DNA of 64,000 nt from Gemmatimonas sp. (GTDB lineage Bacteria; Gemmatimonadota; Gemmatimonadetes; Gemmatimonadales; Gemmatimonadaceae): assembly GCA_965279375.1 (NCBI GenBank), contig OZ257156.1:800001-864000 (forward strand), given 5' to 3'. The notes under the pieces were generated by a model. The model did not search any database and had not been told where the DNA came from. It worked only from the letters and a program-made list of their open reading frames with translations. Below are positions 21,301 to 28,969 of this stretch, piece after piece (the first letter of the stretch is position 1; every line of letters begins with the position of its first letter). The translations under genes were made by a program, and so were the position numbers.

Positions 21301-22238
21301 CCGATCGTCACCACCACGCGCAGCGTGACCGTCGCGCCACCCACGGCGAACGACAGCGTGTCTCCGAGCGGCGTAGCCCCAAGCAGCGACGCCAAATGCG
21401 CCAGCCACTCGGCTTGCGACGACGGCAGCGAGACCGTGGCCGCGAACCAGCGCGCCAGCGCGGCGACGCCTTCGGTGGGCAGCTGCGCGAGCGGGAAGGC
21501 CGGAATGGTGCCGACGCCGGACAGTCCGAGCAGTCCCACCAGTGACGCGAGCGGGCCGGCGCCGAGTGCGTCGGCCTGTACGCGCAAGAGACCGAAGACG
21601 AGGTCCAACGCCGCATCATCGAGATCGTCGAGATCGTCCAGCGAGAGCGACAGATCGCTCGCCGTGGTGGCACCGGGCAACAGCAGCCCGCGCAACGTGA
21701 GCGCGAACGTCGGTGCCTCGTTGCCGCCGGTGGGGATGTGCAACGACAGCGCGAGCCCGTTCAGCGGTGGTGCTGTTCCCAGTGTGATGTCGGTGGTCAC
21801 GCGCAACACGCCAAGCCGCGAGCCAACGAGGATGGCGTCGCTCACGCTCTGTCCTTCCTTGGCAGCGCGGAAGATCGGGAGATGCACCGTGGTCGTCGAG
21901 CCGGGCGCGGTCGTGGTCAGCTTGGCACCGACACCGATGCCCACGAATGCCGATGGTGTCGGATCGAGCACGACGTACAGCGAGACGGCCGGCGCACTGT
22001 TGCTGACGATGGGCAGCCAGATCAATCCATCGCGGTCGGTTTCGCGTTCTTCGCCGCCGAGGATCTCATCGACGAATTCCACCAGCGCGTTGCGTTGCGT
22101 CTCGTTCGCGAGCGCGGTGGACAGTCGCGCGCCGGGATTGCTCAGCCAGTCGTCGTTGAACTGCCCCGCACCATCGAGAATGCCGAGTGCAGTCGCGAGT
22201 GTTTCGAGATCGCCGAGGTCCGCTGCGGTGAAGCTCAT
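12351..22238 (-). CDS. Giant DUF6603 domain-containing protein, 3295 aa (gene B)
   Basis: Uninterrupted 9.9 kb ORF; DUF6603 signature at ~14560-15860: GPIGGPPAFFLTGIGGGLGINR, WFAAGISFTSF, AQLTDNSW, LTGGFAF, FVLTLGGYHPSF, YPIVPRLG, IKGEAYFALT, MAGG, FDPFRYD. Confidence 0.88.
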   Translation of the reverse strand: MSFTAADLGDLETLATALGILDGAGQFNDDWLSNPGARLSTALANETQRNALVEFVDEILGGEERETDRDGLIWLPIVSNSAPAVSLYVVLDPTPSAFVGIGVGAKLTTTAPGSTTTVHLPIFRAAKEGQSVSDAILVGSRLGVLRVTTDITLGTAPPLNGLALSLHIPTGGNEAPTFALTLRGLLLPGATTASDLSLSLDDLDDLDDAALDLVFGLLRVQADALGAGPLASLVGLLGLSGVGTIPAFPLAQLPTEGVAALARWFAATVSLPSSQAEWLAHLASLLGATPLGDTLSFAVGGATVTLRVVVTIGVGGEVLVTPILSCVVVANSSAHARIDAELLRLDLTAMSSIALPKLSAYLQLGRQLDGSGTRLLTGDPQVDTLRAGLALDAARRPTFLLAADGVVIAGNSYATLDLTTPDTIAEVAGTVIASVVTDLLAALGPAGNAISLLIGVQAPPSDPGVTLLDLQAFLTDPMHAVREYWLGLLQDHAAAVPDILATLRDLLADATRVVTGIAGSGTEADPWRVPIVGPITINVWTTAGNSTLHLAWAASYVMDTLGNGCTRVETAIAVTIAELDLAARSALLLPGADLSLVARARGRARAFVSTGPVTLSADHVGLRMRWRPASGFGVDVLTPNLAASIDGVEIPVVLPVFDAAGNITLDADGWDGVERLLALLAHTAPVSWVQRLVDTLGWASAIDGGDRPRLRLADLVTSPRDSVIAWLAALAFDDAGEFTQAIRALAQAISGSATATGRWEGEGTPLDPWRMSLLAADNAPALATWLVPNGPAGDISLAPDDVRSWRPGRDGLSPLQLETALLEEATIARDVADLTAGRTAIAAGLSLLTERWIGGDGRIVPPTVDPSGVTVHRIDEVSRTALAASVDVSTLLGLTPDVVVHVAVLSTGEALPWPTAPANRIIDLRVAALAPDAFALPIAATGEWFVALGGRAACRLAVGDADGVSGQSARLQRVLAPFAALGVPVAIVAVEGAGHATVVAANAMAFVTAVVTIGTAFSPVSFTVIDDAVSGDALRLLRCLLPALDAAEPDDADLACGRDLVDGLVALLPLPDPAVELRPPVVPTVPRIGLAVHAVFGVLSAARVFRAVTSIVASGMAGRAVARAALPRATVTGIRGGMYLPLSVQSASLAVTGSVLVELVGADQGAPVPTVSTARSVTVRLAIRRPDGWLSGGPNGIDAPPPAELRWVSATVVLPLGAGDADAEIVLHEPTVFGISRERWVIRADGGAVGSDVTTPALPEVRVLMSLVAEQLQAAAVGTPAIAAVRDALIGLGVLDASGASIPDGIDHLLHDTALHVSDALADAARQVQLASGVQALLSAIPGVTVDLQARTVRLQTSSTPGAEGMVSATADITATGTGVVTASFTLGSTGISAAGGVLVRVDNAPLRASLEWHAAGGVAPAVYALWPTPDVSGLTRALAQLLPGECARAGLEFLRRLDETARGLIDAALDVMGLLDTIDAIGNRRVLLPAGMVRDAVGWFTHRGSLGGSSGGIDPARAIALLDAVKPLTGLSGPPGTWTLGTGVSVTASAQSGALRLALSIDTSAFASPVAATGRLVAGGTIGLTLRTDGAPTPAIDAFVGLAGATTGRSAVHVALNGGVQLFIRPDVGADLPLYPNPPGLAALAQAAVSQALPVVLDALAAETGTNLAGNAGAVVRAIGDALDLRRGTPLAFDGARLTAWAADPAGQLIAALPTLTTTALQSIATAVRPLLPTASTATVAGGMLTVTVRELSLTWRPSPFRFTLGGTVTGIPTVNTITAAITLDASGLAALESTIGPATIDAGGLDIRPFATIAVGASPSGGRRIEVGLASDAAMTSGFAARWNLGSTFTLVAVDGNSTDAEDVALAMLEELLDLVATFAIDTPTMQQLLANAVGSGTVRDVLRGVVLEDVANPAALDPDLFDPAALLQRMLRLALNFAETGPSIALSGGLTVGVLKELDEVKLTLGITARHDFPAGDFAVSLEADSRWIQGEPPAGLELTVLDVGGAVPVFAPAFACNGIGIRVGKTSGPLLDSVITLGSIAAHLYGEVETDGRLSGGVQLQFSELAVAVAGAQGGNPVAQGIMKDANSGSTKLAPAFSPALAVQKHGSDAVLISLSAGEGSGPWWVAIQKGFGPVYIEQVGVGVVATQQQLQKISLLLDGRVSLLGLTAAVDDLQLTFTVASNANVFDPGRWAVDVAGFAVNADLAGITLAGGLRKFEDGTSIEYIGMLAARFAVYGLSVYGGYGTGVASDGSSFASFFAFGAINGPIGGPPAFFLTGIGGGLGINRGLTFPSDLSTFGEFPFIKALDPAAQPSTDPMAELASLRTYFPMKSGEFWFAAGISFTSFALVDGVAVVSVAIGDGLEIALLGLARLALPRPQFPLVSIELGLIARFSTKEGVLWIQAQLTDNSWILHESVRLTGGFAFVIWFGETNTGQFVLTLGGYHPSFKRDGYPIVPRLGFQWSVSSSISIKGEAYFALTSEAVMAGGSLTASADFGAAWATVTFGADGIVYFDPFRYDVNAYARISAGVTIDTWLGDISFSLSRGASIHVMGPEFHGTVSFDVGPIGLTVAFGDDSQSDDNYISWADFVGKYLETASPGVARVITAIPGKGALPPGTGPGGPTDTATADGTAARPFEVYSEFEITVTTLVPTATVRVEGVDDYRAPSSTLGIAPMNIGASNAVLSLSLVGAGNVRHLDKLTKDVQAQGSFPIGVWGPPQPMDDRKVPTGNVIKATDAVRFESKATLNATLPKEIAYNQIDPPGPRKPLPFLSAAASRPAFITAARDVSALIPNDAPGARRTYAVAKPWLAAGGTGKTALAAIERERQSPPRLGTLTQGLAETDAAEPIVTFPPAAPTVPVDTTVAPPRAIAVLTPMAQMEFAPTRTTVKDRTPVRMAAPSVESAQAAVPVAVAARLVRTPAPGATMGRSIGATGPVPLTRAARGGTAAVSVRGAPVDGNTRLTELTTELGRAPGRRATRPIVQVGEVVILELPNALRDLDPKAPRPQLAIAGGTARIVAMGFGGEVLRDDASTTVVTVPVGTERLIVVAQGKSSGPAPGMSGWHSGSELPYIGWSSSIASGVVVHAEGSRVRGTRQRFRAGWVPAAELVQGSGIVHTRFAAAPRTVAIVLDDFVDTDHARDLALTLQHARRALDARGTPLPPIVVSIGNRSALVYAVTADPAAPKGAAVTVSIGQQPGVRLVGVLGSSDGAADVAERFARAGLDALVRPLTDQGTGTISLSWIAGRNTNRTPVRGKTPKKPAKTAVKKAAETSAKKSAKKVAKRAPSPKR

Positions 22239-22897
22239 CGCACGGCCCGGTCGAAGGTGTGCCGCGCTTGTGTGAGCACCCGCAGACTGCCGTTGTCGGC
22301 GGAGATCGCAGCAGGAATGAGGCCGACGCCATCGTTATCGGTGCCGACACCATCGGCGATTTCGGCGGTGACGTTGAGGAGGATCTGCCAGGCGAAGGCG
22401 ATGAGGGCGTCGCCCCACGGCACCGTGATGAGCGCGGGGCCACGCGGTCGCTGCTCGGTGGCGGCAATCATGCCGGCCGGTGCCTGATCGTCGCCCACAG
22501 CGAAATTCACATCGATGCGCACGGTGCCCGTCTCTTCGCACTGCACGGGAATGTTGACGAGCGCGAAGCCCCGCGTGATCTGGATGGAGACCTTGGCCGT
22601 GTGGACAAGCAGTTCGTTGTCGCCCTGCGTCCAAACCACGGTGCCGCGCTGGAGCGGATCGGCGGCGGCGCTAACGAGCGGCTGCAGTTCGCCGGATTTG
22701 AGCGTGATGGCCGGACCGACCGTACCGGCAGGCAAGGGATCGGGTGGCAGCAGCCCGGGGCATTGCCGCTGGACCTGTGCGAGCAGCCGTTTGCATTCGG
22801 CGCTCAGCGGTGTCGTGCGGCCGCGAGCGTTCGCGGCACGATTGTTCGCAGTACGAGCCTTCGACGGCATTTTCATTTTCGATGGTTCGGTTGCCAC
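22235..22897 (-). CDS. Conserved hypothetical protein, 220 aa (gene A of DUF6603 operon)
   Basis: GTG start at 22897 with AAGGAG 6 nt upstream; stop overlaps the giant gene's ATG (ATGA); VVWTQGDNEL, IPVQCEETG, FAVG, WGDALIAFAW. Confidence 0.78.
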   Translation of the reverse strand: MATEPSKMKMPSKARTANNRAANARGRTTPLSAECKRLLAQVQRQCPGLLPPDPLPAGTVGPAITLKSGELQPLVSAAADPLQRGTVVWTQGDNELLVHTAKVSIQITRGFALVNIPVQCEETGTVRIDVNFAVGDDQAPAGMIAATEQRPRGPALITVPWGDALIAFAWQILLNVTAEIADGVGTDNDGVGLIPAAISADNGSLRVLTQARHTFDRAVR

Positions 22898-22903
22898 GAT
22901 GGA

Positions 22904-22909
22904 CTCCTT
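22904..22909 (-). promoter_or_regulatory. Shine-Dalgarno site of first operon gene
   Basis: AAGGAG on minus strand, 6 nt before GTG 22897. Confidence 0.7.
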
Positions 22910-23074
22910 GCCGCGTGCACCGTTCGTCCCAGCATTCCCCGCCGCATGATCTGATGCGGCATGGCAGTGCGAGCAAGCAGCGTCGGCCGTGGCGTCTCCC
23001 CCCCTGCGGACGTGGTTTGGACGCGATACAATCCGCAGTCGAGTTCCTCCTCCACCTTTCGATCGAGTGGCCCT

Positions 23075-23443
23075 GTGGCACCTCATCGCGCGAGCCATTG
23101 CCGTTTTCTCTCGGCAGTCACCGTCGTGTTGACGCTGGGCGCGTGCAGCGACCCGTCCACAAAACCGGCGGTCGCCGACTTCATCCCGACCAGCCTGCAG
23201 CCGGAAACGCATCTGCGCGGGCAGGTGATCGACCTCACAACGCGCCTGCCGATCGCCGACGCCCGGGTGTCGACGCTGGGGCAATCCAGCACTTCACTCG
23301 GCGACGGCAGCTACAACCTGCAGCGCCTGCGCGCGGCCGCGGTGGACCTCATCACCGTACGCGAAGGCTACGACACCGCGCGTACGCTGCTGGCGCTCAA
23401 GGGCGGCGATCAGGAGTTCACGATCCGGATGACGGCTAAGTAG
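23075..23443 (+). CDS. Small lipoprotein, carboxypeptidase-regulatory-like (prealbumin-fold) domain
   Basis: Hydrophobic stretch ending LGAC lipobox; LRGQVID...PIADARV...GDGSY.L...REGYDT; GTG start approximate. Confidence 0.7.
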   Translation: MAPHRASHCRFLSAVTVVLTLGACSDPSTKPAVADFIPTSLQPETHLRGQVIDLTTRLPIADARVSTLGQSSTSLGDGSYNLQRLRAAAVDLITVREGYDTARTLLALKGGDQEFTIRMTAK

Positions 23444-23799
23444 GGGCGTCGGCGCAGGGTCGCCCGCTCGCCGCCGACTGCGGGTCGCGCCGGCTGGCGG
23501 CGCTGGCGCGCCTTTGCCGTGCGCTCCCCGCAGAAGCGGCTTCGGGCGACCCTCGCCGACTTGGCCGAGGGGAGCGAGCGCCGGCCAGCGCCTGCCCAAT
23601 CGTCCCGCCCGGGCGGGAGGGTCGCGACCATGCGCGCCGCAGGCCCCGGCCGAGCAAGACGCCCCGCTGCCGCCCCCCTCGCGGCCACGCCACCCGCTCG
23701 GTGCCGGGCCGGCGCGGGTCGGCCAAAGCCGCCTCTGCCCGCAGGGCAGCAAGCGGCGACTGAGCGACGCGACGCCGGCGCGGCCCCGCTCCACCCCTA
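23441..23799. repeat. Very GC-rich structured intergenic element, MITE-like
   Basis: Ends TAGGGGCG / CACCCCTA (imperfect inverted ends with TA on both sides); 18-bp bulged stem 23448-23466 with 23543-23560; 16-bp palindrome 23603-23618; hairpin 23735-23749. Confidence 0.45.
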
Positions 23800-23912
23800 A
23801 CGGCCACACCCCGCAACCGGCGCGCAACGTCCCGTCCTGCTGTCGCGTTGTCCCAGTGCGAACGTCGTCCCGGGCCCGGGGCGACGCCCTCCCTCCTCAG
23901 CTCCCGGGATCC

Positions 23913-26489
23913 ATGCGTCTCACTTCATTGTCTCTGGCGGCAGCCGGGCTCGCGCTCGCTGCGTGCGCCAAGCCGACGCCACCTGCGGCGCCTGCCCCAA
24001 CGCCGGCTCCGACGCCCGCCCCCACCGCCGGTCGCGGCGGCGGCGGCGGCGGCGCGCCTGCACCCGGTGGCGGGTTTGGCGGCGGTGCCGCGCAAGGCGC
24101 TCCGGGCGGCGCGAACGCGCAAGATCCAGCGCCGCGTCCGTACGCCACCGTCATCACACCGCGCGCCGTCTCCAAGAAGGGCGTCTTTGGCGTCCATCAA
24201 GTCGGCAGCCGCCTCTACTTCGAAATCCCGCGCAGCGAACTGGGCAAGGATTTCGTGATCGTGTCCACGCTCAACGCGACGCCGGAAGACATCGGCATTC
24301 GCGGCACGCAGGGCGGCAACAACCTCGTGCGCTTTGAACGGCGCGACAATCGCGTGCTCGTGCGTGAGGCGGCGTACGGCGAGTTCAACTCCGACACGTC
24401 CACCGCGGGCAAGAAGGCGTTCGAGCTGATCTCGCTCACCAAGATTCTCGCCGCGTTCAACGTCGAAGCGTACGGCGCCGACAGCGCGGCCGTCATCGAA
24501 GTGACGCGCATGTTCACCGGCGGCGTTCCGGAGTACACCGCACTTGGCGCGCGCGCGACGGTCGATGCGACGCGTTCGTTCGTCGAGCGCTTCTCGGCGT
24601 TCTCGCGCAACGTGAATGTCACCGCCGTGCAGACGTTCACGCCGCAGGCCGCGCCGGCCGCAGCGCCCGGTGGCGGTGGTGGTCGTGGTGGTGCAGGTGG
24701 CGCGCCCGGCGCGACGACCGAGCGATATACGTTCTCCATCGCCAAGCTGCCGGACGTCCCGATGAAGCCGCGCATGCTCGACGAGCGCGTCGGCTACTTC
24801 GGCGTCACGCAGCGCGATTTCTCCGGCGCGTATCAGCGCGTGGAGACCAAGCGCATGATCTCGCGCTGGCGTCTCGAGTGCTCTGACCGCAAGGTCGGGA
24901 ATCTCTGCGTGCCGGTGAAGCCCATCACGTACTACCTCGATCCCGCCACGCCGGCGTGGATCAAGCCATGGATCAGGAAGGGCATCGAAGATTGGCAGGT
25001 GGCGTTCGAAGCGGCCGGATTCTCCAAGGGCATCGTGGCGGCTGAAGCGCCGGCCGATCCGGAGTTCAGCGGTGAAGATGCGACCGTCGCGATGGTGCGC
25101 TGGCTGCCGTCTCCCACGGAGAACGCTGTCGGTCCAAGCCTCAAGGACCCTCGCACCGGCGAGATCATCGACGCCGACGTGCAGACGTATCTCAACGTCA
25201 TGAACCTCGCGCGCTCGTGGTACTTCACGCAGGCGGGGCATCTCGACAAGCGCACGCACAAGTTCCCCTTCCCCGATTCGCTGATGGGGCGCCTCGTGGA
25301 ATACGTGACGGCGCACGAAGTCGGACACACGCTGGGCTTCCCGCACAACTTCAAGGCGAGCTCGATGTATCCAGTCGACTCGGTGCGCTCGAAGACGTGG
25401 GTGGCCAAGATGGGCCACACGCCCACGCTGATGGACTACTCGCGGTTTAACTACGTAGCGCAGCCGGAAGACAACATCGCGCTGGACGACCTGATCCCGA
25501 AGGTTGGCCCCTACGACAAGTACGCCGTGATGTGGGGCTACAAGCCGCTGCCGAACGCCAAGACCTCCGACGACGAGAAGGCGACGCTCGACAGCTGGTC
25601 CAAGATGCAGGACACGATTCCGTGGTATCGCTTTGCCAGCGACGCCGGTGCTGGTGGCGCTGATCCGGGCGAGCAGTCCGAAGCCGTCGGCGATGCCGAT
25701 GCGGTCAAGGCGACCACGCTGGGCGTGAAGAATCTCAAGCGCACGATGGCCATTCTCGAGCAGGCCACGGCGTGGAAGGAGGGCTCCACGTACGACGACC
25801 TCGAAGAGATCTATGGTCGCACCGTTGGGCAGTGGGCAACCGAGATGGGGCACGTCGCGCGCATCGTCGGTGGCGAGTACAAGCAGGAGAAGCTGGTCGG
25901 CCAGAAGGGTCTCGTGTTCCGCAACGTGGAGCCGGCACGGCAGCGCGAGGCCGTGAAGTTCCTGCTCGACAATGCATTCACGACGCCCACGTGGCTGCTC
26001 GACGAAAGCATTCTGCGAAAGATCGAAGCGAGCGGCTCGCTCACTCGCGTCGGCAGCGCGCAGGCCCGTGCGCTGACCGGCCTCGTCGCAAACGATCGCT
26101 TGGCGCGCATGGTCGAACTGGAAGCGATGGCCAAGAGCAAAAGCGACGTGTATCCCGTCGCGGACATGCTCGCCGATCTTCGTAAGGGCCTCTGGAGCGA
26201 AATCGCGACCGGCAGCGACATCGACGCGTTTCGTCGTCGGCTGCAGCGCCTCTATCTCGAGGCGATGGCCAGCAAGATCAATCCGCCGGCGGCCGCACCT
26301 GCTGCCGCGTTCCCCGGAGCACCGGCGCCGGTGACGACGGCGGATGTTCGCCCGATCCTCAAGGCGGAGATGCGCGCACTCGACGCCGACCTCGCCGCGG
26401 CGATCAGCAAGACGAACGACCGGATGAGCAAGGCGCATCTCGAAGATGCGCGCGATCAGATTCGCAAGATGCTCGACCCGAAGGACTGA
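23913..26489 (+). CDS. Zinc-dependent metalloprotease lipoprotein (EcxA-like; DUF5117/DUF4953), copy 1
   Basis: Start ATG 23913, lipobox LAAC; DPRTGEIIDAD; metzincin HEVGHTLGFPH; Met-turn TLMDY. Confidence 0.92.
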   Translation: MRLTSLSLAAAGLALAACAKPTPPAAPAPTPAPTPAPTAGRGGGGGGAPAPGGGFGGGAAQGAPGGANAQDPAPRPYATVITPRAVSKKGVFGVHQVGSRLYFEIPRSELGKDFVIVSTLNATPEDIGIRGTQGGNNLVRFERRDNRVLVREAAYGEFNSDTSTAGKKAFELISLTKILAAFNVEAYGADSAAVIEVTRMFTGGVPEYTALGARATVDATRSFVERFSAFSRNVNVTAVQTFTPQAAPAAAPGGGGGRGGAGGAPGATTERYTFSIAKLPDVPMKPRMLDERVGYFGVTQRDFSGAYQRVETKRMISRWRLECSDRKVGNLCVPVKPITYYLDPATPAWIKPWIRKGIEDWQVAFEAAGFSKGIVAAEAPADPEFSGEDATVAMVRWLPSPTENAVGPSLKDPRTGEIIDADVQTYLNVMNLARSWYFTQAGHLDKRTHKFPFPDSLMGRLVEYVTAHEVGHTLGFPHNFKASSMYPVDSVRSKTWVAKMGHTPTLMDYSRFNYVAQPEDNIALDDLIPKVGPYDKYAVMWGYKPLPNAKTSDDEKATLDSWSKMQDTIPWYRFASDAGAGGADPGEQSEAVGDADAVKATTLGVKNLKRTMAILEQATAWKEGSTYDDLEEIYGRTVGQWATEMGHVARIVGGEYKQEKLVGQKGLVFRNVEPARQREAVKFLLDNAFTTPTWLLDESILRKIEASGSLTRVGSAQARALTGLVANDRLARMVELEAMAKSKSDVYPVADMLADLRKGLWSEIATGSDIDAFRRRLQRLYLEAMASKINPPAAAPAAAFPGAPAPVTTADVRPILKAEMRALDADLAAAISKTNDRMSKAHLEDARDQIRKMLDPKD

Positions 26490-26504
26490 TAGCGCAACGA
26501 CGAC

Positions 26505-26549
26505 GCAAAGCGCCCGCGACGAGCATGACGTCGCGGGCGCTTTGTGTTT
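26505..26549 (+). terminator. Rho-independent terminator
   Basis: GCAAAGCGCCCGCGACG-7 nt loop-CGTCGCGGGCGCTTTGT then GTTT, just after the stop codon. Confidence 0.8.
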
Positions 26550-26662
26550 CAGACATGCGTGACCGCGTTGCGCGCTGTTACAGCGCGGGAATGGAGCGTT
26601 CCTGACACGGCATCGGTCCGACGCTTGGGACGAGTTGTTACAGGGTTAATGAGTCTTAACGC

Positions 26663-26689
26663 TAATGCGCTTCTCCAACTTGCCGATAA
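26663..26689 (+). promoter_or_regulatory. Sigma-28 (FliA)-type promoter
   Basis: TAAT-N15-GCCGATAA versus consensus TAAA-N15-GCCGATAA, directly upstream of a chemoreceptor gene. Confidence 0.75.
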
Positions 26690-26757
26690 AACGGTTGATC
26701 CCACTTCGACAACCTTCTCGGGATCAACGCAGATCTCTCGACGTGGAGAATCGGAGC

Positions 26758-28872
26758 ATGAAGCAGTGGTTCAACAACCTCAAGATCGGTTCAAAGCTGC
26801 AAGTCACCGTTGGTATCGTCATCGCCGGCATGACTGCGCTGGGCATCTTCTCTGTTCGACAGCTCTCCGTTGTGAACAAGCAGTCCACTGCTATTGCTGA
26901 AGATTGGCTGCCTGGAGTCGAGCGTATCGCAGCACTGAAGAACGAGATCATCGAGTACCGCAGCCTGCACTACAGTTTCATTGCCGCACAGAATGACGCC
27001 GGCCGGGCCAAGGTTCAGTCGGCGCTCGATGCGCAGCGCGAACACTTCATCAAGCGCGCGAAGGAGTACGAGGCGACGATTACCCTCGACAAGCACCGCG
27101 AGCTTTTCGCCGTGTACTCCAAGGAAGCTGACGGATTCCTCGCGGCATGGCCGCCGATTGAAGCAGTCGCCAAGACCGGCGACGTCGCGCAGGCCGAGGC
27201 GCTCATGAGCGGCGAGATTGCCCAGCGGTTCGAAACCCTGAACGGGACGCTCGACAAGCTCGTCGCGCTGAATCATGACGAGAGCGTCGCTGCCAGCGCG
27301 CTGGCAGATCGGCTCTATGCGCGCGCCATGTACGGCATCATCGCCGGAATCGCCGTGTGCGCACTGCTCGGGCTCGCGCTGGCATGGCTCGTCGGGCGCC
27401 AGATCTCGCACGCCGCGACCCTGGTTCAGCGCCAGGCGCATTCCCTCTCGAGTATCTGCGTGACTGGGCTCCGCTCAGGGCTCGATGCCCTCGCACGCGG
27501 CGACACCTCGATCAGGCTCGAGGCGAAGACCACGCTGATCGGCTCGAAGGTCAACGACGAGATGGGCAAGATCGCCCAGACTGTGGATTCGCTCATTCTG
27601 AGCACCCAGGCAAACATCGTTGCCTTCTCGGAGACGCAACGCATCATCGAGTCGATGCTTGCAGAGACGCGCACCTTGGCGTCGTCCGCGCAGCAAGGCG
27701 AGCTCGCCGCACGCGCCAACGACTCTCGCTATGAGGGTGCCTACCGCGAGCTCCTGTCTGGCATGAACGGCGTGATGAATGCCGTCGCCACCCCCATCGA
27801 CGAAGCACGCACGGTGCTGGCGCAGGTCGCCGATCGCGACCTCACCCCGCGCATGAACGGCTCCTACCACGGCGACTACGAACAGCTCAAGACGTCGATC
27901 AACTCCTCCATCGAGAACATCGCCGACACACTTTCGCAGGTGCTGAATGCCGCCGAGCAGGTCTCGTCGGCGGGCACACAGATCAGCAGCGCGAGCCAGT
28001 CATTGGCTCAGGGCTCCAGCGAACAGGCCGCCGGTATCGAGGAGATCTCGTCGAGCACGACGGAGTTTGCGAGCATGGCCAAGCAGAACGCGGCCAGCGC
28101 CAATGAAGCCTTGGCACTCGCCGAGAGCGTGCGAGCGAACGCATCGGAAGGACACGCGCGCATGAATCGCCTGACGGAAGCGGTCGAAGACATCCAGCGC
28201 GGCAGCAACGAGACGGCCAAGATCGTGAAGACGATCGAGGAGATCGCTTTCCAGACCAACCTCCTCGCACTCAATGCGGCTGTCGAAGCGGCGCGCGCCG
28301 GCGACGCAGGACGCGGCTTTGCCGTGGTTGCGGACGAAGTCCGTGCTTTGGCGATTCGCTCCGCCGAAGCCTCCAAGACGACGGCCGACCTGATCGAACG
28401 CGGCCTGTCCAATTCGCAGCGCGGCGTGGCCTTGAACGCGGAAGTGATGGGCAGCCTGCAGCAGATCAACACGCAGGTGCAGCAGGTCACGGTGGTCATC
28501 GCCGAAATCGCCGCATCGAGCGGACAGCAGTCGGACGGCGTGCAGCAGATCAACGCGGCCGTCGATCAGCTCAACGGAACGACGCAGCAGGTTGCGTCCA
28601 ACGCCGAGGAGTCGGCCAGCACCGCCGAGGAGCTTTCCAGCCAGGCAGCCATGTTGCAGTCGATGGTGGCGCAGTTCCGTCTCGAGCAGAGCAAGTCGGT
28701 CCGATCGGCCGGACGTCGGAGCGTCGCACCTACGCGCGGAACCTCACGTACGAGCAACGCACGTCCGAGCACCCCGCGTGCGTTGGCTTCTTCCACGTCG
28801 CACAGCAGCTCGGCGGGAGCCGCGGTTATCCCGTTCGACGCGGACGATGACGACGTGTTGTCGGTGTTCTGA
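26758..28872 (+). CDS. Methyl-accepting chemotaxis protein (four-helix-bundle sensor, HAMP domains)
   Basis: ATG 26758 after GGAG; two TM helices flanking the sensor; [34 protein letters not shown] signalling hairpin. Confidence 0.95.
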   Translation: MKQWFNNLKIGSKLQVTVGIVIAGMTALGIFSVRQLSVVNKQSTAIAEDWLPGVERIAALKNEIIEYRSLHYSFIAAQNDAGRAKVQSALDAQREHFIKRAKEYEATITLDKHRELFAVYSKEADGFLAAWPPIEAVAKTGDVAQAEALMSGEIAQRFETLNGTLDKLVALNHDESVAASALADRLYARAMYGIIAGIAVCALLGLALAWLVGRQISHAATLVQRQAHSLSSICVTGLRSGLDALARGDTSIRLEAKTTLIGSKVNDEMGKIAQTVDSLILSTQANIVAFSETQRIIESMLAETRTLASSAQQGELAARANDSRYEGAYRELLSGMNGVMNAVATPIDEARTVLAQVADRDLTPRMNGSYHGDYEQLKTSINSSIENIADTLSQVLNAAEQVSSAGTQISSASQSLAQGSSEQAAGIEEISSSTTEFASMAKQNAASANEALALAESVRANASEGHARMNRLTEAVEDIQRGSNETAKIVKTIEEIAFQTNLLALNAAVEAARAGDAGRGFAVVADEVRALAIRSAEASKTTADLIERGLSNSQRGVALNAEVMGSLQQINTQVQQVTVVIAEIAASSGQQSDGVQQINAAVDQLNGTTQQVASNAEESASTAEELSSQAAMLQSMVAQFRLEQSKSVRSAGRRSVAPTRGTSRTSNARPSTPRALASSTSHSSSAGAAVIPFDADDDDVLSVF

Positions 28873-28969
28873 CCTCCGGATCCGTGGCCGGAGCGCGGAC
28901 ACGGGGCTGAAGACGCAAATGAAGATTTGGTAAGCCGTCTCGCCGGCTTGCCGACAGGCTTCTAGAATC

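Noticed and set aside
1923..22897. DUF6603 operon as eCIS/T6SS, prophage tail, Tc toxin or NRPS/PKS cluster
   Set aside because: No sheath, tube, VgrG/PAAR, baseplate, RHS/YD repeats, AAA ATPase, or adenylation/ketosynthase motifs were recognisable
23441..23799. tmRNA, RNase P RNA, SRP RNA or tRNA
   Set aside because: No tRNA-like T-loop/CCA end, no GAGGAAAGUCC, no SRP loop motif on either strand
23514..23912. N-terminal extension of metalloprotease 1 in the ORF track; likewise 5361-5510, 22898-23284, 36348-36701, 49039-49314, 53519-53929, 62332-62565
   Set aside because: Downstream starts fit signal peptides, RBS or stop/start overlaps; the extensions are low-complexity or overlap other genes
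23925..26438. 837-aa minus-strand ORF and similar long alternative-frame ORFs (29215-30561, 31807-33339, 33927-36401)
   Set aside because: Antisense shadows of well-supported genes, expected from high-GC codon bias; no motifs
26645..26660. CtrA box
   Set aside because: Spacing is TTAA-N6-TTAA rather than N7, and the gene content does not look alphaproteobacterial
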